Positions 24,913 through 38,266 of a DNA stretch of 64,000 nucleotides are shown here, piece after piece. Below the pieces are notes generated by a model. That model was not told where the DNA came from, did no database searches, and worked only from the letters and a program-made list of their open reading frames with translations. Made by a program: the position numbers and the translations under genes. The DNA comes from Squalus acanthias (lineage: Eukaryota): contig CM059452.1 of NCBI GenBank assembly GCA_030390025.1, positions 9,114,001 through 9,178,000 on the forward strand. Reading direction: 5' to 3'. Numbering within the stretch: the first letter of the stretch is position 1; every line of letters starts with the position of its first letter.

Positions 24913-27485
24913 CAGCACTTTGCTGGGAGTATACTATAGGCCCCCAAACAGTCAGGGGGAGATAGAGGAACAAACATGTAGGCAAATCTCAGAGAAGTGT
25001 AGAAATAATAGGGTAATAATAGCAGGGGATTTCAACTTCCCCAATATTAACTGGGATAGTCAGAGTGTGAAAGGCTTAGAGGGTGCGGAATTCTTAAAGT
25101 GCATCCAGGAGAGCTTAATGAGTCATCATGTAGAAAGTCCTACAAGAGAGGGGGCGGTACTGGACCTAATTCTTGGGAATGTAGCCGGGTAAGTGGGAGA
25201 AGTGTCAGTAGGAGAGCATTTTGGTGACAGTGAGCATAATTCGGTGAGATTTAAGGTAGTCATGGAAAAGGACAAAGATGGACCGGAAATAAAGGTTCTA
25301 AATTGGGGGAAGGCCAATTTTAATATGATAAGGCAGGATCTGGCCAAAGTGGACTGGGATCAGCTACTTGTAGGAAAATCCACATCAGAGCAGTGGGAGT
25401 CATTCAGAAAGCAAATAGAGAGAGTACAACGCCAACATGTTCCCGTAAAGGTCAAGGGTGGGACCAACAAGCCCAGGGAACCCTGGATGTCAAGGGATAT
25501 ACAAGACTGGTTTGGAAAAAAAGGGAGGCTTTTGGCAGATACAAAGGACTAAAAACAGTGGAAGCCCTAGAGGTGTATAGAAAGTGCAGGGGGGTACTTA
25601 AAAAATAAATTAGGAGAGCGAAGAGGGGGCATGAAATAACACTGGTGGGCAAAATAAAGGAAAATCCCATGGTGTTTTATAAGTATATTAAGGGCAATAG
25701 GATAACCAGGGAAAGAGTAGGGCCCATTAGGGACCAAAGTGGCAATCTGTGTGTACAGCCGAAAGATGTGGGTGAGGTTTTAAATGAATATTTTGCATCT
25801 GTGTTCACTATGGAGAAGGACTATTGTAGGCATAGAAATCAGGCAGGGGGATTGTGATATACTTGAACAAATTAGTATTGAGAGGGAGGAGGTACTAGCG
25901 GTTTTAGCGTGCTTAAAAGTGGATAATTCCCCAGGCCCAGACGAGATGTATCCCAGGCTGCTGTGTGAGGCAGGGAGGAGATTGCAGGGGCTCTGACACA
26001 AATTTTCAGAACCTCCCTGGCCACAGGGGAGGTGCCAGAGAACGGGAGGACAGCTAACATAGTACCATTATTCAAGAAGGGTAGTAGGGATAAACCAGGG
26101 AATTACAGGCCAGTGAGCCTAACATCAGTGGCAGGGAAATTATTGAAAAAATTCTGAGGGACAGTATTAGTCTCCACTTGAAGAGGCAAGGATTAATCAA
26201 GGATAGTCAGCATGGCTTTGTCAGGGAGAGATCATGTCTAACCAATTTGATTGAATTTTTCAAGGGGGTGACTATGTGTGTGGATGAGGGCAGTGCAGTT
26301 GATGTACTCTACATGGACTTCAGTAGGTTTTTGACAAAGTACCCCATGGGAGACTGGTCAAGAAGGTAAGAGCCCATGGGATCCAGGGCAATTTGGCATA
26401 TTGGATCCAAAATTGGCTTCGTGGCAGGAGGCAGAGGGTGATGGTCGAAGGTTGTTTTTGTGACTGGAAGCCTGTGTCCAGTGGTGTACCGCAGGGATCG
26501 CTGCTGGTTCCTTTGCTGTTTGTAGTGTACATTAATGATTTAGATATGAATGTAGGAGGTATGATCAGTAAGTTCGCAGATGACACGAAAATTGGTGGAG
26601 TGGTAAATAGCGAGGAGAGGAACCTTAGGCTACAGGACGATATAGACGGGTTGGTCAGATGGGCAGAACAGTGGCAAATGGAATTTAACTCTGAAAAGTG
26701 TGAGGTGATGCATTTTGGGAGGACTAACAAGGCAAGGGAATACACAATGAATGGTAGGACCCTAGGAAGGACAGAGGATCAGAGGGACCTTGGTGTGCAT
26801 GTACGTAGATCCCTGAAGGCAGCAGGACACGTAGATAAGGTGGTTAAAAAGGCATATGGGATACTTGCCTTCATTAGCCGAGGCATAGAATATAAGAGCA
26901 GGGAGGTTATGATGGAGCTGTACAAAACGCTAGTTAGGCCACAGCTGGAATACTGTGTGCAGTTCTGGTCACCACACTATAGGAAGGATGTGATTGCATT
27001 GGAGAGGGTGCAGAGGAGATTCACCAGGATGTTACCTGGGCTGCAGCCCTTCAGCTATGAAGAGAGACTGGACAGGCTGGGGTTGTTTTCCTTAGAGCAG
27101 AGAAGGCTGAGGGGGGACCTGATTGAGGTGTACAAAATTATGAGGGGCATAGATAGGGTAGATAGAAAGGAACTTTTCCCCTTAGTGGAGGGGTCAATAA
27201 CCAGGGGGCATAGTTTCAAGATAAGGGGCAGGAGGTTTAGAGGGGATTTGAGGAAAAACTTTTTCACCCAGAGGGTGGTTGGAATCTGGAACTCACTGCC
27301 TGAAAGGGTGGTAGAGGCAGGAACCCTCACAACATTCAAGAAGCATTTAGATGAGCACTTGAAACGCCATAGCATACAAGGCTACGGACCAAGTGCTGGA
27401 AAATGGGATTAGAATAGATAGGGCTTGATGGCCGGCGCGGACACGATGGGCCGAAGGGCCTATTTCTGTGCTGTATGACTCTATG
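24913..27485 (+). mobile_element. CR1 LINE (partial endonuclease, RT and intact C-terminal 339 aa) with (CTATGA)n-type tail
   Basis: YYRPP, GDFN, SEHN, GVPQGS, FADDTK, LEYCVQFWSP, RLRGDLIEVYKI; frameshifts upstream of 26393. Confidence 0.92.
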
Positions 27486-27487
27486 AC

Positions 27488-27693
27488 GTGGGAGGGAAAG
27501 GGGGAGGGGCCCGTGGAATTCATACCCCAACGTGGGAGGGAGAGGGGGAGGGGCCTGTGGAATTCATACCCCAATGTGGGAGGGAGAGGGGGAGGGGCCT
27601 GTGGAATTCATACCCCAATGTGGGAGGGAGAGGGGGAGGGGCCTGTGGAATTCATACCCCAATGTCGGAGGGAGAGGGGGAGGGGCCTGTGGA
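27488..27693 (+). repeat. 44-bp G-rich tandem repeat, about 4.7 copies
   Basis: GTGGGAGGGAGAGGGGGAGGGGCCTGTGGAATTCATACCCCAAT; period 44 (27532 to 27576). Confidence 0.92.
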
Positions 27694-27694
27694 T

Positions 27695-30600
27695 CCTGCA
27701 TGTGTTAGATACAGAGGAATACTCCCTCTACACTCTCCCATCAAACATTCACTGGGCAGGTACAGCACGGCTTAGATACAGAGTGATTTTCCATCTACAC
27801 TGTCCGACCAAACACGCCCAGTGCAGTTACATCACGGATTAGATACAAAGTAAAGCTCCCTATAAATTGTCCCACCACACATACCGAGGGCAGGGACAGC
27901 ACGGGTTAGATACAGAGTAAAGCTCCCTCTACACGCTCACATCAAACACTCCCACGGCAGGGACAGCACAGGTTAGATTTAGAATAAAGCTCGCACTACA
28001 CTGTCCCATAAAAGATTCCCAGTGCAGCTACAGCACGAATGAGATACAGAGTAAAACTTCCTTTACAATGTCCCATCTAACAAGCCATGTGCAGGTACAG
28101 CATGATTTCGAAATAGAATAAAGCTCCCTCTACACTGTCCCAACATACAGTCCCAGAGCAGGGACAGCAGGGGTCAGATACAGATTAAAGCTCCCTGTAC
28201 ACTCTCCCATCAAAAACTCCCAAGGCAGTTACACCACGGATTAGATACAGATTAAAGCTCACTCTACACTGTCCCATCAAACACCCCCAGGGCATGGGCA
28301 CTGCAGGTTAGATTCAGAGTAAATCTCCCTCTACACTGTCCCATTAAACACTCCCAGGGCAGGTACTGCATGGGTTAGATACAGAGTAATGCTCCCTCTA
28401 CACAGTACCATCAAAAATTCACAGGGCAGGTACTGCACATGTTAGATACAGAGAAAAGCTCCCTCTACACTGTCCCATCAAACACACCCAGAGCAGGTAC
28501 AGCATGTGTCAGATGCAGAATATAGCACCCTCCACACAGTCCCGTCAAACACACTCAGGGCAGGTACAGCACGGAATGGATAAAGAATCAGGTATCCTTC
28601 ACACTGCCCCATCAAACATACCCAGGGCAGGTACAGCACGGATTAGATACAGAGTAAAGCATCCTTTACACAATCACATCAAACACAACCAGGGGAGTTA
28701 CAGCACGGTTGAGATACAGAGTAATGCTCCCTCTACACTGTCCCATCCAACACTCCCAGGGATGGTACTGCACGTGTTACATACAGAGTAAAGCTCCCTC
28801 TACACTGTCCCATCAAACACTCCCAGGCAGGTACAGCACGGGTTAGATACAGAGTAAAGCTCCCTCTACACTGACCCATCAAACACTCCAATGGCAGGTA
28901 CAGCACAGGTTAGATACAAAATAAAGCTCCCTCTACACTGTCCCATCAAACACTCCCAGGGCAGGTACAGCATGTGTTAGATGTAGAATAAAGCTCATTC
29001 TACACTGTGCCGTCAAACTCCCACAGAGCAGGTACAGCACGGGTTAGATACAGAGTAAGGCTTCCTTAAAAATGTCCCAGCAAACACTCCCAGGGCCGGT
29101 ACAGTACAGGTTAGATACAGAGTAAAGCTTCCTCTACACTATCGCATCATACACGCCCTATGCAGGTACAGCACGGATTAGAAATAGAATAAAGCTCCCT
29201 CTAAACTGTCCCATCACACATTCCCAGAGCAGGGACAGGCAGGGTGAGATACAGAGTAAAGCTCGCTCTACACAATTCCATCAAACACTCCCAGGGCAGG
29301 TGCAGTACAGGTTAGTTTCAGAGTAAAACTCCCTCTACAATGTCCCATCAAATATTCCCAGGCATGTACTGGATGGGTTAGATACAGAGTAATGCTTTCT
29401 TTACAATGTCCCTTCAAACACACCCAGGGCTGGGACAGCAGGGGTTCGCTACAGAATAAAGCTCAATCTACACTTTCCCATCCAACATTCCAAGGTCAGG
29501 GACAGCAAGGGTTCGAAACAAAGTAAAGCTCCCTCTAAACTGTCCCATGACACTTTCCCAGGGCAGGGACAACATAGGTTAGATACAGAGTAAAGCTCGC
29601 TCTACACTGTCCCATCAAACACTCTCAGGGCAGGTACTGCATGGGTTATATACAGAGTAAAGCTCCCTCTATACTGTCCCATCCAACACTCCCAGGGCAA
29701 CAGCACTGGATAGATACATAGTAAAGATCCCACCACACGGACCCTGCAAACGCTCTCAGGGCAGATGCTGCATGGGTTATATACAGAATAAGGCACCCTC
29801 TTTCCTATTCCATCACACATACTCGGGGCAGAGACAGCATGGGTTAGATACAGAGTAAAGCTCGTTCTACACTGTACCATCAAACACTCCCAGGGCAGGT
29901 GCACTACAGGTTAGATACAGAGTAAAGCTCCCTCTACACTGTCCCATCCAACACTCCCAGGGCAGGTACAGCACGTGTTAGATACAAAGTAAAGCTCGCT
30001 TTACACTGTCCCATCAAACTTTGCCAGGGCAGGTACAGCACTGGTTAGATACATAGTAAAGTTCCCTCTACACTGTCATATCAAACACTCACAGGGCAGG
30101 TACAGCACGGGTTAGATACAGAGTAAAGCTCCCTCTACACTGTCCCATCAAACACTCCCAGGGCAGGTACAGCATGGGTTAGATACAGAGTAAAGGCTCC
30201 CACTACATTGTCCATCAAACACTCTCAGGCAGGAACAGCACGGGTTAGATACAGAGTAAAGCTCCCTCTACACTGTCCCGTCAAACTCTTCAGGGCAGGT
30301 ACTGCATGGGTAGATACAGAGTAAACCTCCCTCTACACTGTCCCTTCAAAATCTCTCAGGGCAGGTACTGCAAGGGTTGGATACAGAGTAAAGCTCCCTC
30401 TACACTGTCCCATCAAACATTCCCAGGGCAGGTACATCACAGGTTAGATACATAGTAAAGCTCCCACTACACTGTCCCATCAGACGGTCTCAGGGCAGGT
30501 ACTGCATGGGTTATATATAGAGTAAAGCTCCCTCTTTACTGTTCCATCACACACTCCCAGGGCAGATGCACTACAGGTTAGATACAGAGTAAAGCTACCT

Positions 30601-33600
30601 CTTTACTGCTCCATCACACATACTCAGGGCAGGTTAGATACAGAGTAATGCTCCCTCTACACTGTCCCATCAATGATTCAGAGGGCGGGTACAGCAAGGG
30701 TTATATACAGAGTAATGCTCCCTCTACACTATCCCATCAATGATTCACAGGGCAGGTACAGCAAGGTTTATATACAGAGTAAAGGTCCCACTACATTGTC
30801 CCACCAAACACTCTCAGAGCAGGTACTGCATGGGTTAGATACAGAGTAAAGCTCCCTCTACACTGTCCCATCAAACTCTTTCAGGGCAGGTATTGCATGG
30901 GTTAGATACAGAGTAAACCTCCCTCTACACTGTCCCATCAAACACTCTCAGGGCAGGTACTGCAAGGGTTGGATACAGAGTAAAGCTTCCTCTACAATGT
31001 CCCATCAAAAATTCCCAGGGCAGGTACAGCACGGATTGATACAGAGTCAAGCTTTCTTTACAATGTTATAGGACAGGTAAAGCAAGGGTTAGATACAGAA
31101 TAAAGCACCCTCCAAACTGTCGTGTCACACAATCCCAGGTCAGGGATAGCACGGGTTAGATACAGAGTAAAGCTCACTCTATACTGTCCCATTAAATAAT
31201 CCCAGTGCAGGTGCACTACACGTTAGATACAGAATAAAGCTCCCTCTGCACTGTCCCATCAAAAACTCCCAGGGCATGTACAGCATGGATTGATACAGAG
31301 TCAAACTTTCTTTACAATGTCCCATCAAACACACCCAGGACAGGTAAAGCATGGGTTAGATACAGAATAAGGCTCCCTCTAAACTGTTGTGTCACACAAT
31401 CCCAGGTCAGGGATAGCAAGGGTTAGATACAGAGTAAAGCTCACTCTACACTGTCCCATCAAACATTGACAGGGCAGGTACTGGTCGAGATAGATACAGA
31501 GCAAAGCTCCCTCTAAAATGTCACATCAAACACTCCCACGGCAGGTACAGCAAGGGCAGGATACAGAGTAAAGCTCCAACTATACTGTCCTATCAAATTC
31601 TCTCAGGGCAGGTACGTCCTGGGTTAGATACAGAGTAAATCTCCCTCTACACTGTCACATCAAACACTCTTAGGGCAGGTACTGCATGGGTAATATACAG
31701 AGTAAAGCTCCCTCTACTCTGTCCCATCCAACACTCCCAGGGCAGGTACAGCAGGGGTTAGATACATAGTAAAGCTCCCTGTACACTGTCCCAAGAAACG
31801 CTCACAGGCCAGGTACTGCATGGGTTAGATACTGAGTAAATCTCCCTCTTCACTGTCCCACCAAACACTCCCAAGGCAGGTACAGCAAGGGCAGGAAAAA
31901 GAGTAAAGCTCCAACTATACTGTCCTATCAAATTCTCTCAGGGCAGGTACTGCATGGGTTAGATACAGAGTAAATCTCCCTCTACACTGTCACATCAAAC
32001 ACTCTTAGGGCAGGTACAGCATGGGTAATATACAGAGTAAAGCTCCCTCTACTCTGTCCCATCAAACACTCCCAAGGCAGGTATAGCACGGGTTAGATAC
32101 AGAGAAAAGCTCCCTCTAAACTGAGCCATTAAATACTGCCAGGGCAGGTACAGCACGGGTTAGATACAGAGTAAAGCTTTCTTTACAATGTCCCTTCAAA
32201 CACACCCAGGGCTGGGACAGCAGGTGTTAGTTACAGAATATAGCTCCATCTACACTTTCCCATCCAACATTCCAAGGTCAGGGACAGCAAGGGTTCGAAA
32301 CAGAGTAAAGCTCCCTCTAAACTGTCCCATCAAACACTCTCAGGGCAGGTACTGCATGGGTTATATACAGAGTAAAGCTCCCTCTGTACTGTCCCATCCA
32401 ACACTCCCATGGCAACAGCACTGGTAGTAAAGATCCCACCACACGGACCCTGCAAACGCCCTCAGGGCAGATACTGCATGGGTTATAAACAGAATAAAGC
32501 TCCCTCTTTCATGTTCCGTCACACATACTTGGGGCAGAGACAGCATGGGTTAGATACAGAGTAAAGCTCGTTCTACACTGTACCATCAAACACTCCCAGG
32601 GCAGGTGCACTACAGGTCAGATACAGAGTAAAGCTCTCCCAACACTGTCACATCAAACACACTCAGGGCAGGTACTGAATGGGTTATATACAAAGTAAAG
32701 CTCCCTCTACACTGTCCCATCCAACACTCCCAGGGCAGGTACAGCACGTGTTAGATACAAAGTAAAGCTCGCTCTACACTGTTCCATCAAACTTTCCCAG
32801 GGCAGGTAAAGCACGGGTTATATACAGAGTGAAGCTCCCTCTACACTGTCCCATCAAACACTCCCAGGGCAGGTAAAGCACGGGTTAGATACAGAGCAAA
32901 GCTCCCTCTACACTGTCCCATCAAACACTCCCAGGGCAGGTACAGCACGGATTGATACAGAGTCAAGTTTTGTTTACAATGTCCCATCAAACACACCCAG
33001 GACTGGTAAAGCATGGGGCAGATACAGAATAAAGCTCCCTCTAAACCGTCGCATCATACAATCCCAGGTCAAGGATAGCAAGGGTTAGATACAGAGTAAA
33101 CCTCCCTCTACGCTATCCCACCAAACACTCCCAGGGCAGGTACAGCAAGGGCAGGATACAGAGTAAAGCTCCAACTATACTGTCCCATCAAAATCTCTCA
33201 GGGCAGGTACTGCATGAGTTAGATACAGAGTAAAGCTCCCTCTACACTATCACATCAAACACTCTAAGGGCAGGTAATGCATGGGTTATATACAGAGTTA
33301 TGCTCCCTCTACACTTTCCCATCCAACACTCCCAGGGCAGGTACAGCACAGGTTAGATACAGAGTAAAGCTCCCTCTACACTGTCCCATCAAACACTCCC
33401 AGGGCATGTACAGCACGGGTTATACACAGAGTAAAGCTCCCTCTACACTGTCCCATCAAACGTTCTCATGTCAGGTGTTGCATGGGTTATATACAGAGTA
33501 AAGCTCCCTCTACACTGTCACATCAAACACTCCCAGGGCAGATGCACTACAGGTTAGATACAGAGTAAAGCTAGCTCTTTACTGCTCCATCACACATACT

Positions 33601-33860
33601 CAGGGCAGGTTAGCTACAGAGTAATGCTCCCTCTACACTGTCCCATCAATGATTCACGGGGCAGGTACAGCAAGGGTTATATACAGAGTAATGCTCCCTC
33701 TCCACTGTCCCATCAATGATTCACAGGGCAGGTACAGCAGGGTTTATATACAGAGTAAAGGACCCACTACACTGTCCCACCAAACACTCTCAGAGCAAGT
33801 ACTGCATGGGTTAGATACAGAGTAAAGCTCCCTCTACACTGCCCCATCAAACACTCCCAG
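27695..33860. repeat. 67-bp satellite array (diverged units)
   Basis: Same unit as at 6340-7445. Confidence 0.95.
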
Positions 33861-34925
33861 TTTATCTAATGTACAGGTTACAATTTATATTAATGCTCCC
33901 TCTGCGCACTCCAATCAATTTGGTTCGAGGCCTATGAATAGGGTTGAGGGAACACTTTTTAAGACAATGATCCATTCTTGAGAGGCAAGACACAAGGTGG
34001 AAATAGGAGGGAGAGGCAGAGAGGGAGAGGATACAGGAAATCTCCACACACACATTTGTGATGTCACTATGTACGGTGACTTGTGGGAATCTTTCCCCAT
34101 TCTGAACATGGATATCATCTTTACTTTATTCTCCAATAACTTAGAGAAATGTCCCAAAATCAATTGTTGCTGGAATCCGTTGAGACATTTGCATTTCTCT
34201 CTTTATTTCTGTTCTGTGTTGGTGGGGAAACATTTATTGTGTTTCTGTCGCTCAATACTCTAATCTGCGATTCTATTTCTGTGTTTATTTACATAAAAAC
34301 CTCACTGGTTTCCATGAAGTGTTCATGACAGCAAAACCAGATCAACAAAGTCACTTATTGATTCGTTTCAACTCACAACAAAGGTTTATTTTAAGAATAT
34401 TGACATTTCGTACAAAATGAATAGAAATATCTCGAATAGTGACGTTGGCCTCAGTTTTGTTCAATTAAAACAGATGTGATTTTATAACAGAGGAAAAAAT
34501 ATTAAAATTAATAAATCAGTTCTGAAAGTTCTGCTGCCGAAATCAATGGGACATCTGTGAACAGGCTGGTGATCCACTGGATGTCCATTTAGTGGAAGCT
34601 TCAACCCATTAAAATGTTGTCATTTAGAAAGAACTTGCATTTATATAGCGCCTTTCACTGCCTCAGGACGTCCCAAAGCGCTTCACAGACAATGAAGAAC
34701 TTTGGAAATATAGTCACTGTTGTAAAGTAGGAAATGCTGCAGCCAATTTGCGCACAGCAAGCTCCCACAAACAGAAAGGCGATATTGACCAAAATATCTG
34801 TGTTTAGTGATTTTTTTTGAGGGATAAGTAATCAGCAAAATACCAGGGCGAACTCCACTGCTGTTACAGAGTCATAGAGTCATACAGACATAACGGCACA
34901 GAAGGAGGCCATTCGGCACATCAAC
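33861..34925. repeat. ~1.06-kb non-satellite block, also present at 59481-60570 and 63344-64000
   Basis: Near-identical sequence at the three sites; includes a minus-strand Deu-SINE tail at about 34628-34860. Confidence 0.9.
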
Positions 34926-37900
34926 ACCCTCGACACTCTCCCATTCAACACTCCCAGGGCAGGTACAGTGCAGGTTAGATACAGATTAAAGCTCCCTCAT
35001 CACTGTTTCATCAAACACTCCCAGGACAGGTATAGCACGGTTTAGATTCAGAGTAAATCTCCCTCTACACTGCCCCATCAAACACTCCCAGGGCAGGTAC
35101 AGTAAAGGTTAGATACAGAGTGAAGCTCCCTCTGCACTGTCCCAAATCACACACACCCAGGGCAGGAACAGCATGGGTTAGATACAGAGTAAAGCACTCT
35201 CTACACTGTCCCATCAAACACTCCCAGGCCACGTACAGCACGGTTTAGATACAGAGTAAATCTCCCTCTGAACTGCTCCATGAAACACACCCAGGGCAGG
35301 TACTGTGCAGGTGAGATACAGTGCAAATCTCCCTCTAAACTGCCCCATCAAACACACCCAGGCAGGTACAGTGTAGGTAAGATACAGATTAAATTTCCCC
35401 GTACAATGTCCAATCAAACACTCCCAGGCCAGGTATAGCAAGGTTTAGATACAGAGTAAAGTACCATCTACACTGTCACATCCAACACTCCCAGGGCGGG
35501 TACAGCACGGGTAAGATGTAAAGTAAAGCTCCCTCTACAATGTCCGATCAAACACTCCCAGGCAGGTAAAGCAGGATTAGATACAAAGTAAAGCTCCCTC
35601 TACACTGTCCCATCAAACACTCCCACGGCAGGTACAGCACGGGTTAGATAAAGTGTAACTCTCCCTCTAAAGTGCCCCATCAAACACTCCCAGGGCAGGT
35701 ACAGTACAGTTTAGATACAGAATAAAGCTCCCTCTACACTGTCGCATCAGAGGCTCCCAGTGCAGGTACAGCATGGGTTAGATAAAGAGCAAAGCTCCCT
35801 CTACTCTTACCCATCAAACACTCCCAGGGAAAGGTAAAGTACAGGTTAGATACAGAGTAAACCGCCCTCTACATTGCCCCAAAAAACACTGCCAGGGCTG
35901 GTACAGCACGGCTTAGATACAAAGTAAAGTTCCCTCTACACTCTCCCATCACACACACTCAGGGCAGGGATAACATGGGTTAGATGCAGAGTAAAGCTCC
36001 CTCTACAATGTCGCATCAAGCACTCCCAGGGTAGGCACAGCACGGCTTAGATATCGAGTAAAGCTCCCTCTACACTGTCCCATCAAACACTCCCAGGGCA
36101 GGTACACCAGCTGTTAGATACAAAGTAAAGCTCCCTCCACACTGTCCCATCAAACACTCGCAGGGCAGGTACAGCACGGGTTAGATACAGAGTAAAGCTC
36201 CCTCTACACTGTCCCATCAAACACTCCCAGGGCAGGTACAGCACGGGTTAGATACAGAGTAAAGCTCCCTCTACACTGACCCTTCAAACAGTACCAGGGC
36301 AGGTACAGTACGGTTTAGATATAGAGTAAAGCTCCATCTTTACTGTCAATCTAACACTCCCAGGGCAGGGGCAGCATGGGTGAGATAAAGTGTAAATTTC
36401 CCTCGACACTGCCCCATCAAACACTCCCAGCGCAGGTACAGTGCAGGTAAGATACAGATTAAATCTCCCTCTACACTGTACAATCAAACACTCCCAGGCC
36501 AGGTAAAGCACGGTTTAGATACAGAATAAAGTTCCATCTACACTGTCACATCAAACACTCCCAGGGCGGGCACAGCACGGGTAAGCTGCAAAGTAAAACT
36601 CCCTCTACACTGTCCCATCAAACACTCCCAGGGCAGGTACATCACGGGTTAGTTCAAGTGTAACTCTCCCTCTAAAGTGCCCCATCAAACACTCCCAGGG
36701 CAGGTACAGTACAGTTTAGATACAGAATAAAGCTCCCTCTACACTGTCGCATCAGAGGCTCCCAGTGCAGGTACAGCATGGGTTAGATAAAGAGTAAAGC
36801 TCCCTCTACTCTTACCCATCAAGCACTCCCAGGGAAAGGTAAAGTACAGGTTAGATACAGAGTAAACCGCCCTCTACATTGCCCCAAAAAACACTGCCAG
36901 GGCTGGTACAGCACGGCTTAGATACAAAGTAAAGTTCCCTCTACACTCTCCCATCACACACACTCAGGGCAGGGATAACATGGGTTAGATGCAGATGAAA
37001 GCTCCCTCTACAATGTAGCATCAATCACTCCCAGGGCAGGCACAGCACGGCTTAGATATCGAGTAAAGCTCCCTCTACACTGTCCCATCAAACACTCGCA
37101 GGGCAGGTACAGCACGGGTTAGATACAGAGTAAAGCTCCCTCTACACTGTCCCATCAAACACTCCCAGGGCAGGTACAGCACGGGTTAGATACAGAGTAA
37201 AGCTCCCTCTACACTGACCCTTCAAACAGTACGAGGCCTGGTAAAGCACGGTTTAGATATAGAGTAAAGCTCCCTCTACACTGTCCCATCAAACACTCCC
37301 AGTGCAGGCACAGCACCGGTTGGATTCAAAGTAAATCTCCCTCTACACTGTCCCATCAAACACTCCCAGGGCAGGGGCAGCATGGGTGAGATAAAGTGTA
37401 AATTTCCCTCGACACTGCACCATCAAACACTCCCAGTGCAGGTACAGTGCAGGTAAGATACAGATTAAATCTCCCTCTACACTGTCCAATCAAACACTCC
37501 CAGGCCAGGTAAAGCACGGTTTAGATACAGAATAAAGTTCCATCTACACTGTCACATCAAACACTCCCAGGGCGGGCACAGCACGGGTAAGCTGCAAAGT
37601 AAATCTCCCTCTACACTGTCCCATCAAACACTCCCAGGGCAGGTACATCACGGGTTAGTTCAAGTGTAACTCTCCCTCTAAAGTGCCCCATCAAACACTC
37701 CCAGGGCAGGTACAGTACAGTTTAGATACAGAATAAAGCTCCCTCTACACTGTCGCATCAAAGTCTCCCAGTGCAGGTACAGCATGGGTTAGATAAAGAG
37801 TAAAGCACCCTCTACTCTTACCCATCAAGCACTCCCAGGGAAAGGTAAAGTACAGGTTAGATACAGAGTAAACCGCCCTCTACACTGCCCCAAAAAACAC

Positions 37901-38266
37901 TGCCAGGGCAGGTACAGCACGGCTTAGATACAAAGTAAAGTTCCCTCTACACTCTCCCATCACACACACTCAGGGCAGGGACAACATGGGTTAGATGCAG
38001 AGTAAAGCTCCGTCTACAATGTAGCATCAAACACTCCCAGGGCAGGCACAGCACGGCTTAGATACAGAGTAAAGCTCCCTCTACACTGTCCCATCAAACA
38101 CTCGCAGGGCAGTTACAGTGCAGGTTAGATACAGATTAAAGCTCCCTCTACACTGACCCTTCAAACAGTACCAGGCCAGGTATAGCACGGTTTAGATATA
38201 GAGTAAAGCTCCATCTTCACTGTCCCATCAAACACTCCCAGTTCAGGCACAGCACCGGTTAGATTC
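34926..38266. repeat. 67-bp satellite with ~1005-bp (15-unit) higher-order repeat
   Basis: Diagnostic variant AAGTGTAACTCTCCCTCTAAAGTGCCCC recurs at 35651, 36656 and 37662. Confidence 0.9.
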
